Position numbers and translations under genes: made by a program. From Klebsormidium nitens (taxonomy: Eukaryota > Plantae > Klebsormidiophyceae), in assembly GCA_000708835.1 (NCBI GenBank), contig DF237163.1, positions 74,673 through 138,672 of the forward strand: a DNA stretch of 64,000 nucleotides, read 5' to 3'. The notes under the pieces are model-generated. The model was not told the origin of the DNA. It saw only the letters and a program-made list of their open reading frames with translations, and did not search any database. Of this stretch, positions 13,390-25,100 are shown piece after piece (the stretch's first letter is position 1; each line of letters begins with the position of its first letter).

Positions 13390-16300
13390 ATGCACGCAGC
13401 TACTTGCAGCGCTCGTTTAGGGCCTTCTGTCAGCCTCACAAATTTAGGATGCAAGAGGGGGTTACCTCATCACAGGGGGGGGAGCGCCAGACTCCTTCCC
13501 AGACAGGGTAGGATCAAGGGGAGAAACACAAAATGCAGCATGAGTAGAGGGGGGGACGATGCAGAGGTGGATGTTGCAGTGATTGGGGGGGGGCCAGGAG
13601 GGCTAGCAGCAGCATTTGCCCTTATTGCAAAGGTGCGATGCGTGTCAGACTGACTACTAACTGTATCAGCACCTTCTTTGTCTTCTACAGAGTCACTCTT
13701 AAGGTAGTTCCTTTACTTGGATACGAGATTGTTTGAGTGACAGGAGTCATTGCTCACGTGTGGAAGCTGGCATAGAGCTTTTGGCGCGGTCAAGTTTTCA
13801 AGCATAACCGAGTGACGCTTGAAAGTAGAAAGCTTGAACAGTAGACCGACAGTTCTGGGGCAGAGCTGGGAGAACACTTACAGCATAAAACATTGCAGCA
13901 AAAAACATCGCAGCAGAAAACATCGCAGGAGGACCACAAAACATCCTCTATTTCAACTTCTTTGGTTGTCTCCGGATGCTCATACCTGTCAGGCTCTTGC
14001 TCAGAGCTCCACGTTAGTGCCTCCTTTTCCTTAGACCACAGTATGCCATATGCCTTCAACCTGCTAAGGATACCAAGAAGACTGCTCCTGAAACTGTTTC
14101 TTGCTTCCCCCAGGGCTTAACAGTTCGTGTGTACGAAAGGAGTAAGGCCGTCCAACAGGTTGGGGCACTCCTCTCGCTGTTTCCAAACGGCTTGGAGGCC
14201 CTTCACAAGATCGACCCAACCACCTACGAAGCAGTGCTTGGAAAAGCGGAGCCTCCTTCCTCGTGAGCATCTTGGCTCAGGTTGCTGGCTACGACTTTTG
14301 CAATTCTTGCCAGTCTCTGTGATTCAAGTCAAGTCGAGTCGTTCTGTTCCACCTTGATCTGCTCTAGACTTCCAACGTCTTTTGCAAGTACAGGCAGTAC
14401 TTAAGCCAGCTTCACCATCATTGCTGACTGCCATTTGCCGTGAGGTTGTGTCAACTTTCACATGGTTTCTGACATGCAGCATGATCTACACATTCCGAAG
14501 AGAGCTTCGCACTGTGTACAGTGTAGAGTTCCACAGAGCGCTAGCAACCGTTCCTGGAGCACACTCACAACTAATTTTCAACGAAGGGAGCTGTACCAAT
14601 GTGTGATGCCCTTGCCAGCCTGCAAAAAGCGGCGGCCTCAGCTTGCGAAGCACCCTAAGCGTGGTGCCTGTCTGACTTCAAACTTGTCCATGGCTCCTGC
14701 AGGAGTGTCAGAATGGATCCCCGAGGCACCCTTCTCGGTCCGCCCGGCCCGCACCCCTTTAGTGCCATGGAGGGCAAGTACGGACACCCCTTTGTCAACA
14801 TTATATGGTACGAACTGACGGTAGGTCAGAGGGCTGACAGCAGTTGCTTTGAAAGCAAGACCTCCCCTTTGATGCTTCTCAGAGACGACCAGTGTGTGCA
14901 ACGAACATGAATCTTGGGCAATCTCGGAACTCCTTCAGCCCGCAGCCAGAGTGCGGCCTGCCAGATCATGTCAGCAGAACTCCCTTTGAGAAGACCTCAT
15001 TCTATCATAGGACGTTCTCCGCTCGAGGTTACCTCCAGGGACTGTTCATCTAGGCCACCGCTGCGTGGGGTTTGAAGACGCCGGCGCGCATGTTGCTGTG
15101 GAGTTTGAGAACCAAGCGACCGTGAAAGCGCGCATGGTCATCGGTGCAGACGGGGTGCGCTCTGTGGTCCGAAGTATGCTGCTCTCCGATGGGCCCCCGA
15201 CTTACACAGGTGAGCTCCGGTGGTGACAGGGAGTGGGAATACACTCTGCTGCATCAGCTTTCAGTGCAAAAGGTGACAGTGACCATAGTAGAGAAGATGC
15301 TAGCCTGGTTCATGCGAGCAACGTTGATCGGAACGGCGCCCCACGGAAGTCGAACCTCGTCCAACCTCCGAAAGCCGATTTTGGGGCACAGGTTAGGTAC
15401 TAGGAGACAGCAAAAGTTTCTTGCAGCATTGAGCTGCATCTTCTGTTGCCTGCAATGCGAACCTTCTAGCCAGCTGTACAGTGAACGCCTGCTCACGGGG
15501 CCGACCGTCGTCAGGATCAGTTCCTTGCACGCACTAACAACAGACACGTGTGTGCTCAATCAGTGGGATGAAGTTCGGAGTTCTCCAAACCTCCCGTCTC
15601 TGTGCCGTTTCCTTTGCAACAAAACAATGCGCCGGACCTGCCTCTCTTTTGGCCTGCTTGAGGCGAATCTTTTCCGACACCTTTTCTCAACCCCTGCATC
15701 GTTTCCCTTCCGCTGCAGGCATCATGAGCTGGCGTGGGGTGTTTGACTCGGATGCAGACATCCTGACCCCCAGCCGCCAAGCTTCGGTCACAAGTGGCAC
15801 CGACAAAGGCGGGCCGGACAAGCTCTTTCTCGCTGTGGATATTCAGGTCCGCCGTTCCCTCTTTCGTCAACCAAAAAGCAGAGAAACAACCTCGGTCGGG
15901 ACATAGCATTCTTTCGCATCGACACCCTTCTGACTTAATCGCAGTCTGGTCGCCGCGACTTTCCGCGGAAATTCAGAGTAGAGTTTAGCTTTCCAGTAGA
16001 GAAAGATGGGCTCACTCTTGAGCTCAAAAGGCAAGGTTCGGCCTGAGACGGTGGCGCATCGTGTAAAATCCGTCTCCTTTGTTGAGGACTGCCACTGTGT
16101 TCGGAGTGTCTGCTCACTCGAGCTTCAGCAGGACAAGTAAAGTTGGTCAGCAAGCGAGAGTTTCCAGCAGCAGCTCTTGCAACTGGGTTGCAACTGCTTT
16201 CGATGTGGACGAAATGAGGAAGCCCCGGCTCTGTCAAAGGCATTGATTTGGTAGAAGCGTTGTGTGCTCAAACTGCAAAGAGTGATAAAGTGTAGAGTAT

Positions 16301-18783
16301 TGGGACAATCTGACCAGAAGCACCCTCTATCTAAAGCATCACATCAAACCAGAGCACGTCTCGTTGACTTGCAGGCGCGGAAGACGGCGTGGGTCGCCTT
16401 CGTGCTTCAGGCAGAGGACCCGTCCGAAACACCCAAGCTTTCGGACGGTGCTGCTCATCTGGATCGCGTCCGAAGCCTCTTCTCGGACTGGGAGGCCCCT
16501 CTGCTGCACAGAGTCTTAGATGCAACAGACAGCGCGCGTGTGTTGCCGCTCGGGATCTTCGAGCGCTCCCCTGCTGACACGTGGAGCGGTGGGAGGGTGA
16601 CACTTGTCGGCGATGCGGCGCATGCGATGCAGCCCTGGCTGGGGCAGGGGACGAACTCTACCTTTGAGGACGTGCATACGCTAGCAGAGGTAAGAGAGCG
16701 TGACAGGTGTACGTCCGAATGCGCAAACTCCAGCGGATTTGAGGACACATTGATCAACGTTGATCGTTGAACATTGATCATTGATCAACGTCACAACTCG
16801 TGATGCAAGTTACACGATGTGATAAGAGGTGAGAAGCGCCCCACACCGCAACTCACCTATATATGAGAACGTACGAGTACACTATGGCGAGCAGCTTTTG
16901 CCCGCTGCATTGAACAGGTGTTTGAATGGAATTTTGCTTGCCAGATCTGACTTAGGTCTTTGCACACAGAGCGGGTGTTGTTTTCCTCATCTCGCCAAGA
17001 TCCGAAGGTGTTGTTATGCTCAAATTCCCCCAGTCACTCTGGGGGTTACCTTCCGCACGGAAAAGTGGCCCCGTGCAACGGTCAGATTGTCATCGTAAAA
17101 GTTTACTTCTTCACAAAGCTCCAGAGCATGGTGGAGATTGGAACACCTCGGTGTTTTTGCTACACAGGAGTTTTTGGCCCTTAACTATGGTTGGTTATGA
17201 GCTGCATATGGGCTGGTTAAAAAGTGATTATGTGTCCAATAAACAGACTTGGGCGGTAACCAGCCCCGGAACAAGTTTAAAGCCGGGTTATTTGTTTGGT
17301 AATCTGAGACTCCGTCCGGTAACCCGCCTGGTTGGCAGCCAAATTTCCCCGTGCTGATGTATTGCCGTACGAGGTCGGCAACTTCAAAACAACACCCTCG
17401 GTGTTTGTGCGGCGACGGCAGCGCGGCAATCGCTCAAATACCACAACACCCGCTTTGTTTGTAAAGACCCTTTGAGTCCTGTGTTCTGTTTTACGCTACG
17501 CTTCGGCAAAGATGCAAACTGGCCAACACTGGAACACTTTGTGCTGGGACACAGCCGAAAAGCGGGAATGTAGATGAGGCGCTGGGCGATCCTTGCGCTT
17601 GCTGAGAGGGATCCCTCCACTCCTCCACATTCTCTGGAGCTGGCGTACATGCTGCTGGGATACGAAGAACGGGCCTCAATCAAACAGATTCTAAGATGAA
17701 TCCTTTAATCGGTGAACCTATTGGCGCTGAAATTGTCATCCACGTTCATCCCTCGTCTTTTGACAACTCTTCGTCACAGTCACAATTACATTAACAATAA
17801 CAATAACAATATCGATATGAACAATGGTCGTTGGCCAAGCCAGCTCAAAGTCGCATGTGAGTGCCACAATTCCTCAATTGTCACTTCCTCACTGCTATGC
17901 CTCAGCTTTAGCAATCGTGAAGAAAGTAAGCAATCGTGAACAAAGTCACAGCGGTTGTAAGACCCACAATCCTGGTGCGTCGACGTGTTTGCAGTTGCTA
18001 GCGGCCGCTGGAGGGCCGAAAGTGTTGGGCGATCGGTCAGCTGTTGTTTCCGTGTTGAAAGAGTACGAGTCCAGACGGATACCGAGAACGAAAACCCTCC
18101 AAAGGTTAGCGCTTCCGCCGAACCCTGCTCTCTGCACACCGCAATCAACCCGTCCAAGTTTACCTGCGTTTTTTTTCGCCTGTGTGGGGTTGAAGCATTC
18201 AGGCAGACCTTTCCACCTCCACCTCCATGTTTTCGGGAGCCCCATTTGCCCGACTATCTGCGACTCTAGAGCAGACTCTCGGGTTTGACACCAGGCGCCC
18301 AGACCTTCGATTGCAATGGTTACGCAAGAAGATGTCCATACCAGCTATATGCATCGCTCCGCAACTGGGGATATCTGAGCTCTGATTATATACTACGTCT
18401 TCTTCTAACTTTCTTCCAATTGGATCTTCGGACTTGAGACACCTTTCTAAGGTCCGCATCTCGCTAGCTATAACGCTTCGGTTGAGGGAACGTTCAGTGC
18501 CTCCTTGTATCGGCTCCACCTATGTTGAGGGCCTGTGTCTTGGCCGTCGACTCCTATACGATGGGTCAGGTTCTTGCAACTTAGATATGCGAGGAAAAGC
18601 CGCAGGCCTCTGGCAAAGTCTGACCTATCCTTTGACCTATTGACCTGCAGTTGGAGCCAGTCTACGGTGCTCCGGCCATTGGATCAACCTCCACCTCCAC
18701 GAGCCACACAGTTCATGAGGAGCGCCGAGGAGGATGATTGGATGTATACGTATGACCACGCAGTGCTCACAAGTCTTGCGTAG
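13390..18783 (+). CDS. FAD-dependent monooxygenase (FAD_binding_3; salicylate hydroxylase/zeaxanthin epoxidase-like family), probably plastid-targeted, 8 exons, ~464 aa
   Basis: Exons 13390-13632, 14114-14262, 14703-14820, 15011-15209, 15719-15846, 16375-16689, 17995-18104, 18651-18783. All introns are GT-AG, phases are compatible, and the total is 1395 nt. Motifs: DVAVIGGGPGGLAAA (GxGxxG), VYER, IGADGVRSVVR (DG), VTLVGDAAHAMQPWLGQGTNSTFED (GD), and LKEYESRRIPR. The Ser/Arg/Gly-rich N-terminus looks like a transit peptide. Confidence 0.92.
13887..13931. repeat. 15-bp minisatellite x3 in monooxygenase intron 1
   Basis: AAAACATTGCAGCAA / AAAACATCGCAGCAG / AAAACATCGCAGGAG. Confidence 0.8.
16750..16790. 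repeat. TGATC(A) palindromic micro-array in monooxygenase intron 6
   Basis: Four TGATC units, including the perfect 14-bp palindrome GATCAACGTTGATC at 16752-16765. Confidence 0.7.
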
Positions 18784-21700
18784 GGATGAAGCGGCAGGAG
18801 AAGCATGCCGCACAGCCGCAACACGCCTTAGAGCCCAATCCTAGCTTAACAAGAGCACGATACAGTTCGGTCTCACCAGCTATACAGATGAGTCTAGGTA
18901 AACATCAAATCTGGGTAGACGTCAATTCTAACACGTGATGTGGGCAACGCTACGGTTCCTGACATGATCAAAAACGAGATCAATCAGCGCTTTCCTTGAT
19001 ACGCGCACACGTCAAGTGGCACATCCAACCAAGTTGCATGCGCAGACCTATCTTTTCATAAGTGGCGTACGTAAGTGATTCAATTTATCTCCTTGACTAA
19101 GACTTGTGTCTTCTTTATGAATTATACTTACACGCAGATGGTAGGGTGGAAAGAGCTTTCAAGCTCAACTCCTGAGTTGAATACAAACAGGGCCATGAAA
19201 ATTGCAGAATGATCTGCCCACCAAGAAGTGGGCACAGCGAAGCATCAACAACGGAAAGGAAAAAGAGGAAACTTCTTGGTACTTTTCTTTTGGCTCCGAG
19301 TCCACATGCACTCTGACCAATGCCCGTCATGAAGCACGTTGTCTCGCCCTTGCCGGCTCGAAAGCACTTAAAGCAGACAAAAAGCCGCCAAAACAAAGTC
19401 AGTTTCATGTTCTAAGTTGGACGCTGGTATGCCGGGCCCCCAGCTTCTCGATATACAGTTGGCCCTTCCTCAGTCGGATCCATCAAGACCTTCCTTTTTC
19501 CTTCCTCAGTCACCGCTCAAAATTCGAAACACGCGAGCTCGTTTCGCTCTGCATGAGACGGGCCGGCGTGCTTCCCGTTTCGGGGTTGAAAGTGGTGACT
19601 AATCCTTGGAATCCTTGTGCGTTTTTGCGACTAGCAGTGCAAGCCGGTGAAGGAAAGTCAGCCGGACAGACTCAAGAACCAAAACTGTTTTGGCGCACAC
19701 GCGCAAAGGACCAGATCTTGAGCCATCTGAGCCAACTCAATATCCGCCTTTTATGGACCCAACCGCATCACTGGAGGCAGGGCCCAATAGTGAATCAACA
19801 AGTAAATTTGCGCGTGGGCGCTCATTCACATCTTAAGGAGGTAGGCGGCCTCCAATATTTCACGCTACGCGCTGAGTTCGCTCCTGGGCGAAAGCAGCTT
19901 CCCGGCCATGGCGCGCTTTTGTCTGAAAGCAACCATATGCCCATACAACGAACAGCCCAAGAAAAGCTACAGAGACTACTTACTGCGGCAGACAGATGGT
20001 GGGCTCTCGAGTTGCTTATTGCTCATATGGCGGTTCTGTCCATCGTCAAAAAGAACGTGCATCTGAGACAGACAAATTAGTAAACTTTCCCATGCAAGGT
20101 CTAATTTGTCGGAACGTCCGTAGGATGGAAAGAACGATTCTTATAAAGATAAGGTCAATGGCACCTAAGTTGCAGCTTATTCAATTGTGCGCGCACACCG
20201 ACTAGACATCAGAAAATAGGATCTACGATACAAGTGCATATGGCGCGGCTACGCTGCGGCCTTTTGCAGGGTGGCCACCGTACGTCGGATGCATAGTCCT
20301 TGCCTGTCAGGCTGTACGGTTCGTGACAATATTCTCGACTATCAAACGTGCTTAGATTCAGCAGTCAATGCTCGTGGGGTTGCGCTTGCAGGAATTGGAA
20401 CGAAGGAAATCTAGCTCGAAACTGATGAGCTAGGTCGATTATAATTGCGAGCCTGCTAGATTGATCACAAACGTGAGCACCGCACTGCAGGAACAAAGTC
20501 TAATTACATGCAGACCTTCTTCTGAATCACGGGGTAAATTGGTCAAAGACCAACCGTTTCAATTAGCATATCTTTGTTTAGCAAGAGGGCCAATAAACGG
20601 ACTCGACTCTGTCATGTCATATCAAGTCCGCTTTAGCAGGTCTAAGCGGTCGAACGACCAATATCCTAAATGGCCCTTATCGAAAACCAAGGGCAGCCTT
20701 GTCTCTCAATTGAGTGCATGAGCAGCTTGGGGAAGATGAACCTAATAACTCTTTTCAACAGTCCCTCCAGCTGCGCGGTTTGCCACCATGCGCACTGACA
20801 GAAGCACAAGCAACGAAGTAACAAACAGTCAACACGCTGCACTTTTCAAATGACCAATTCCGACAGGCACTCCTGAACTGCCAGCTCGGCAGCTAGCTCA
20901 GTGGGCGCCCACCGGCCCATAGCCGACACAAGGCTCTCAACCTGCCCGGTTGACTTCAGCTCTTTCGTTCCGTACTCACTGAGAAGCAGACCCGGCGGAT
21001 TCACAAGAGACGAATCTTGGATGCGCACCGTTTGAGAGCCAAGACATCTCGAGACGATCAAGCACACGTCCAATTTGCGATGCAAAGGTCAGTCCGACGG
21101 ACCCTGACTTCAACTTCCACTACTAGTTGACAAAGCGGCCCAATGAAGCGTCCTGGTGCATCTGACCGATCAGATGTGCAACTTTCAAGAAAGAACCTAA
21201 GGGACGAAGTCGATTCAACTTTAAGACCGAGCGAACTATGATGGCACTGCAGACTCGGCAACGCACGGCTTCCAAACGGCAAAGAATGCTTCTTGCTATG
21301 ATTACAGCTGTCTTCGCTTAAGCCTCAAACCCTATGATCACGATTAACGCATCTGGAGTCCAATCCTGGAACTAATTCATTAGTTGAGCTACACGAAAGG
21401 ACCCCTTTTGACATTAAGTAGTAGCCTAAGGGGCCCTGCTTCGCTGGTGTGACCTACCCATAACCTGCCTCGCTACGCCTAGCCTCGATGGTTTTTGCAG
21501 CGTGTCGTTTCAAAACCCTGATCCTGAACAATCTTGAAGCTTCCCCAAAGCCTCTAAGACTGACGATCGACGCTCAAATCTACGAACGAAATGAACAACC
21601 GACTGATTTGTGACTTCACTGTGAAATGCGTGCTGCTAAGAAATCCTTGAACGACACTAACAAAGTCTAAGAACGAACGTACCGGAATCTAAACAACGTC

Positions 21701-22178
21701 AGCCCCATACGGACGCTCAGTGGACGGCCTATCTTGCAACGGAATGTCTTGACGAACAACGCGCTTTCGCGAAAACTCGTAAGGCAGGTGGCCTGGAAAG
21801 CGGCACGAACGAAGGGGATCAAGGGCCGGGCAAAAGATAGGCTAACGGACGGGTTAATAAAAGGGTGCAAGCGGGTTTCAAGGTGCATCGTCAGCTTAAG
21901 TCGTGCGGGACGATATGACGCTGAAGTCAAGAAGCTGTTCTTAATACAGCCCATCCTTCTCTGTATTCTTAGCAGACAGGTCTCCCTGTGCACACAACAA
22001 TTTGGACATTGGCGAACGGACTCGCAGGGTCAGAATCTGAAAGTTGAATTCTTGAGAAGCTCTACGGGAGGGTAGACCGCAGATGCACTGCATCACTGAA
22101 AGCTCACAGTCCTCTTAGGAGCCCAAGAAACGGGGGCTGCTTCGGACACAAAACCCGATGCACCAGTCGTGTTGGCCG

Positions 22179-25100
22179 TCATATTGTCCGCTTCGCAGAC
22201 CATGCGAAGCTGTCAGCCCGGGAACAGATCCCTACCGCTGAGTGGCAGTGATCGGAGACTTCTGGTGGCAGAAACACCAACCGAAAAAAAGACCAGTAAT
22301 GTGTGGGACACTCACTTTCGGGATCTGAGAACCTGGGGTAGTGTTGGCGGTACACGAAGTACGCAAAGAAGAAACCTGCAAAATGTTTACTCACGTCAGG
22401 ATCTCGTAGCACGAGAGTACACGCCTGAAAATGGTCGTGAAGAAGGTGCAGCAACGCCCTGAAATATGCGGAGAGAGAGCTGCGATAGTTGTGAACTGGT
22501 CTCGGGCTACGAGCCAGCAGGCTATTCTAGCAAGGTGTGGAACGATTCGAAACCAGAGCTGCCTCAAGTAAGGGGAGGACGTCTTGAATCGTCACCAGCA
22601 ACTCCTGAATGACTCTGTTCCTTACCCACGAGCAATCCCATGATGATATCCGTCGGATGGTGCTTGTAGTTGCAAAACCGGGTGTAGCCAACGAAGATGG
22701 CAGCAATGGACGGGAGTAGGACCACCACCAGCTTGCTGACGTGGCCCCGCCGGTCGCCCACGTGGAGCTTGCCCGCCAGGTAGAAGGAGAGATAGCCCAG
22801 GCCCGCCGCGCTCACTGCAGTAGAATGGATACATGCTCAGCATATGCCGACGTCATCTATCTAGCAATTGCTGGATTGAGGTACAGTCCTGAACGTGGCC
22901 AACAAAATCTACTCGACATACGTCTTGCAGACTTTGAACTTATGCTGAGCGACACCAAAATTGCTCTGCGGATGCAGCTGACGTCAGCTTCGGGATACCA
23001 AAGTCCTGGTGGCGCTAATTATGCTGCCATCGGAGTTCCTCCTTGCCAGGATCACACCTCACTTCTTCCATCAATCACGCGAAACAGACTTGCATTCAGG
23101 AGCGATGGCAATCATGTGACAAGAAACTCTAATGCCACAGAACCCAGCGTGGACAGCGTGCAATTGATGCGTGCGAAAGCGCTTGTCCAGTGACTCGGAA
23201 AGGCGACAAGGCAAGCAGGAAGTTGGTGTCATGGTCGCAAAGGAGGCACCCTAGAGAATAGGGCGTACGACGTTGCGGAGTGACAGACCCGCTAAGGACT
23301 GGCAGGACCCAAGAAAAGAGCGATGGGAACGTGAACAGCCTCAAAAGGAGGGGCGACTAGATTAAAGAACACTCGCAAACACCCCGCCTAACGAGCGAGC
23401 CACATCTCGCGTGCGTTTGCAACTCGGGAAAACGTTCCTTTCATACCCTAGAACAGCATGAAGCAAGGAAGCACACTGATTGCCTATCGTGTCTAGGATC
23501 CAAATCATTGACTTGAACGTCTGTAGACTCTGTGCTTGAGGTCGGAGGCATCAACAAACGCGCCACGTACTGAAGGGCTTTCGGCGTAGTCACACGCAAA
23601 AGATGCGACCAGCTAAACTATACACAAACGGAACTCAAAGTTTGTCGAATCCACACCTGCGTGCTGGCGCCTTACAGAGTATGCTGTCAAGAGTTCTAAA
23701 GCGTCACCGAGTAACAAGCCCTCTCAATAAGTGGTCCGACACAAACACCAAACGAAGCTTCGGTTGCCGTTGTGGACGAAACTTTCGGGGCTCCAAAAAG
23801 GGGAAGTCTAGGTAGAAAGGGTCGAGTAAAATCTCCCGCACCGTTCGAACACTTGCTTCAATACATCGCTCGACTCACATTTTAGCAAAGTACGTTATCT
23901 TTGAACTCGTAGCTCTTGGTTCAAACACCAAGTGGAAGCGGAATTGAGACGCAAGTCGCTAGACACGCTTTCTCTCCGTCACGAAGCGATGCGCATTCGT
24001 TCCTTCATTCTTCGAATGATTCAGGACCTTTCACCAAAGGCTTCCGCTCGGAATCCAAAATGAGCAGTGACAGCTTCATGTCACTACTTTCTATCGTCCT
24101 TGCCTTAATCACAGGTACCAAGCTACAAGACATGGCTCCGATGTGTCATGTTGGAAAAGATCCGCTAGAGAGACGGACCACAGCATCGTCCTTGCCATGA
24201 TGCCGCTAAGTGACAATGACGAAGCAGACACCACACGCATAACGTCCGCGTCCAGCGTTACTGTGCGAACGCCCGTTAAGAACTGCTCTCCGCATGCTCA
24301 GCGGAACGGTTTTAGGTTTGCGTTTCTTTTTCGGTTGTCAGGGTCCCAAGCGGCTGAACCAATACCAATTCACTACCAGTCCAAAGAGACAATTAAGACG
24401 GAAACAAGCGCCGCATGTTGCTCTCCGCATGCTCGGCAGAACGATTTTAGGTTTGCTTTTCCTTTTTGGATGTTAAGGTCCCAAGCGGCTGAACACTCCA
24501 ATACCTATTCACTAATAGTTTAAAAAGAGACAATGAAGATGGAAACAAGCAGCGCAATGAAGATATACCAATGCAAAACAGGGGGGAAAGAAAGAAAAAG
24601 AGAGAGAAACAAGCGACAAACATAGCTTCGTGAAGCATCCACCTTACTCTCAGATCACCCTCAAACAGCTTTTCAAGAATCTTCTTGCTAGTCAGAGATG
24701 CCCAAAACTTCGGATGGTCTTCTTGCCAGTAAAGGCTAGCTAAAGGAGCGTAAGGCACAATTGCGTGCGTAAACCAGATTAATCATATTTGTACAAATAC
24801 TGGACTGAGCAGGGTATTGGGTGGGCCACAAACCGGCTTCAAACCATACTTCGAGAATACGCCGACAAGGTCAAAAGGTCTTTCGAAGAAGACATAAAAG
24901 CAGAGAAAACGGGCAACCTCGCAAAAGACCGCCAGAAGCCACTCCAAAAGTAGAGCACTGTCCCTGTTCTAAAATGAGTCTGCTGCGAAGGCGAGCGGTT
25001 TCAACAGGTTGTCGTTATTTCCGGGAAAGGACTGAGGTTGCTGACTCTGTAGACGATTACTACTGGCAGTCAAGACGTGCCAACAGCGGTCTCTTCCCAG

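Noticed and set aside
17574-17699. Possible alternative last exon of the monooxygenase (MRRWAIL...LLGYEERASIKQILR*)
   Set aside because: It is in phase, but the acceptor context is purine-rich with no pyrimidine tract, and exon 17995-18104 fits the family better.
20894-20904. TAGCTCAGTGG, a tRNA D-arm/A-box-like word
   Set aside because: No TTCGA B-box, acceptor stem or cloverleaf follows.
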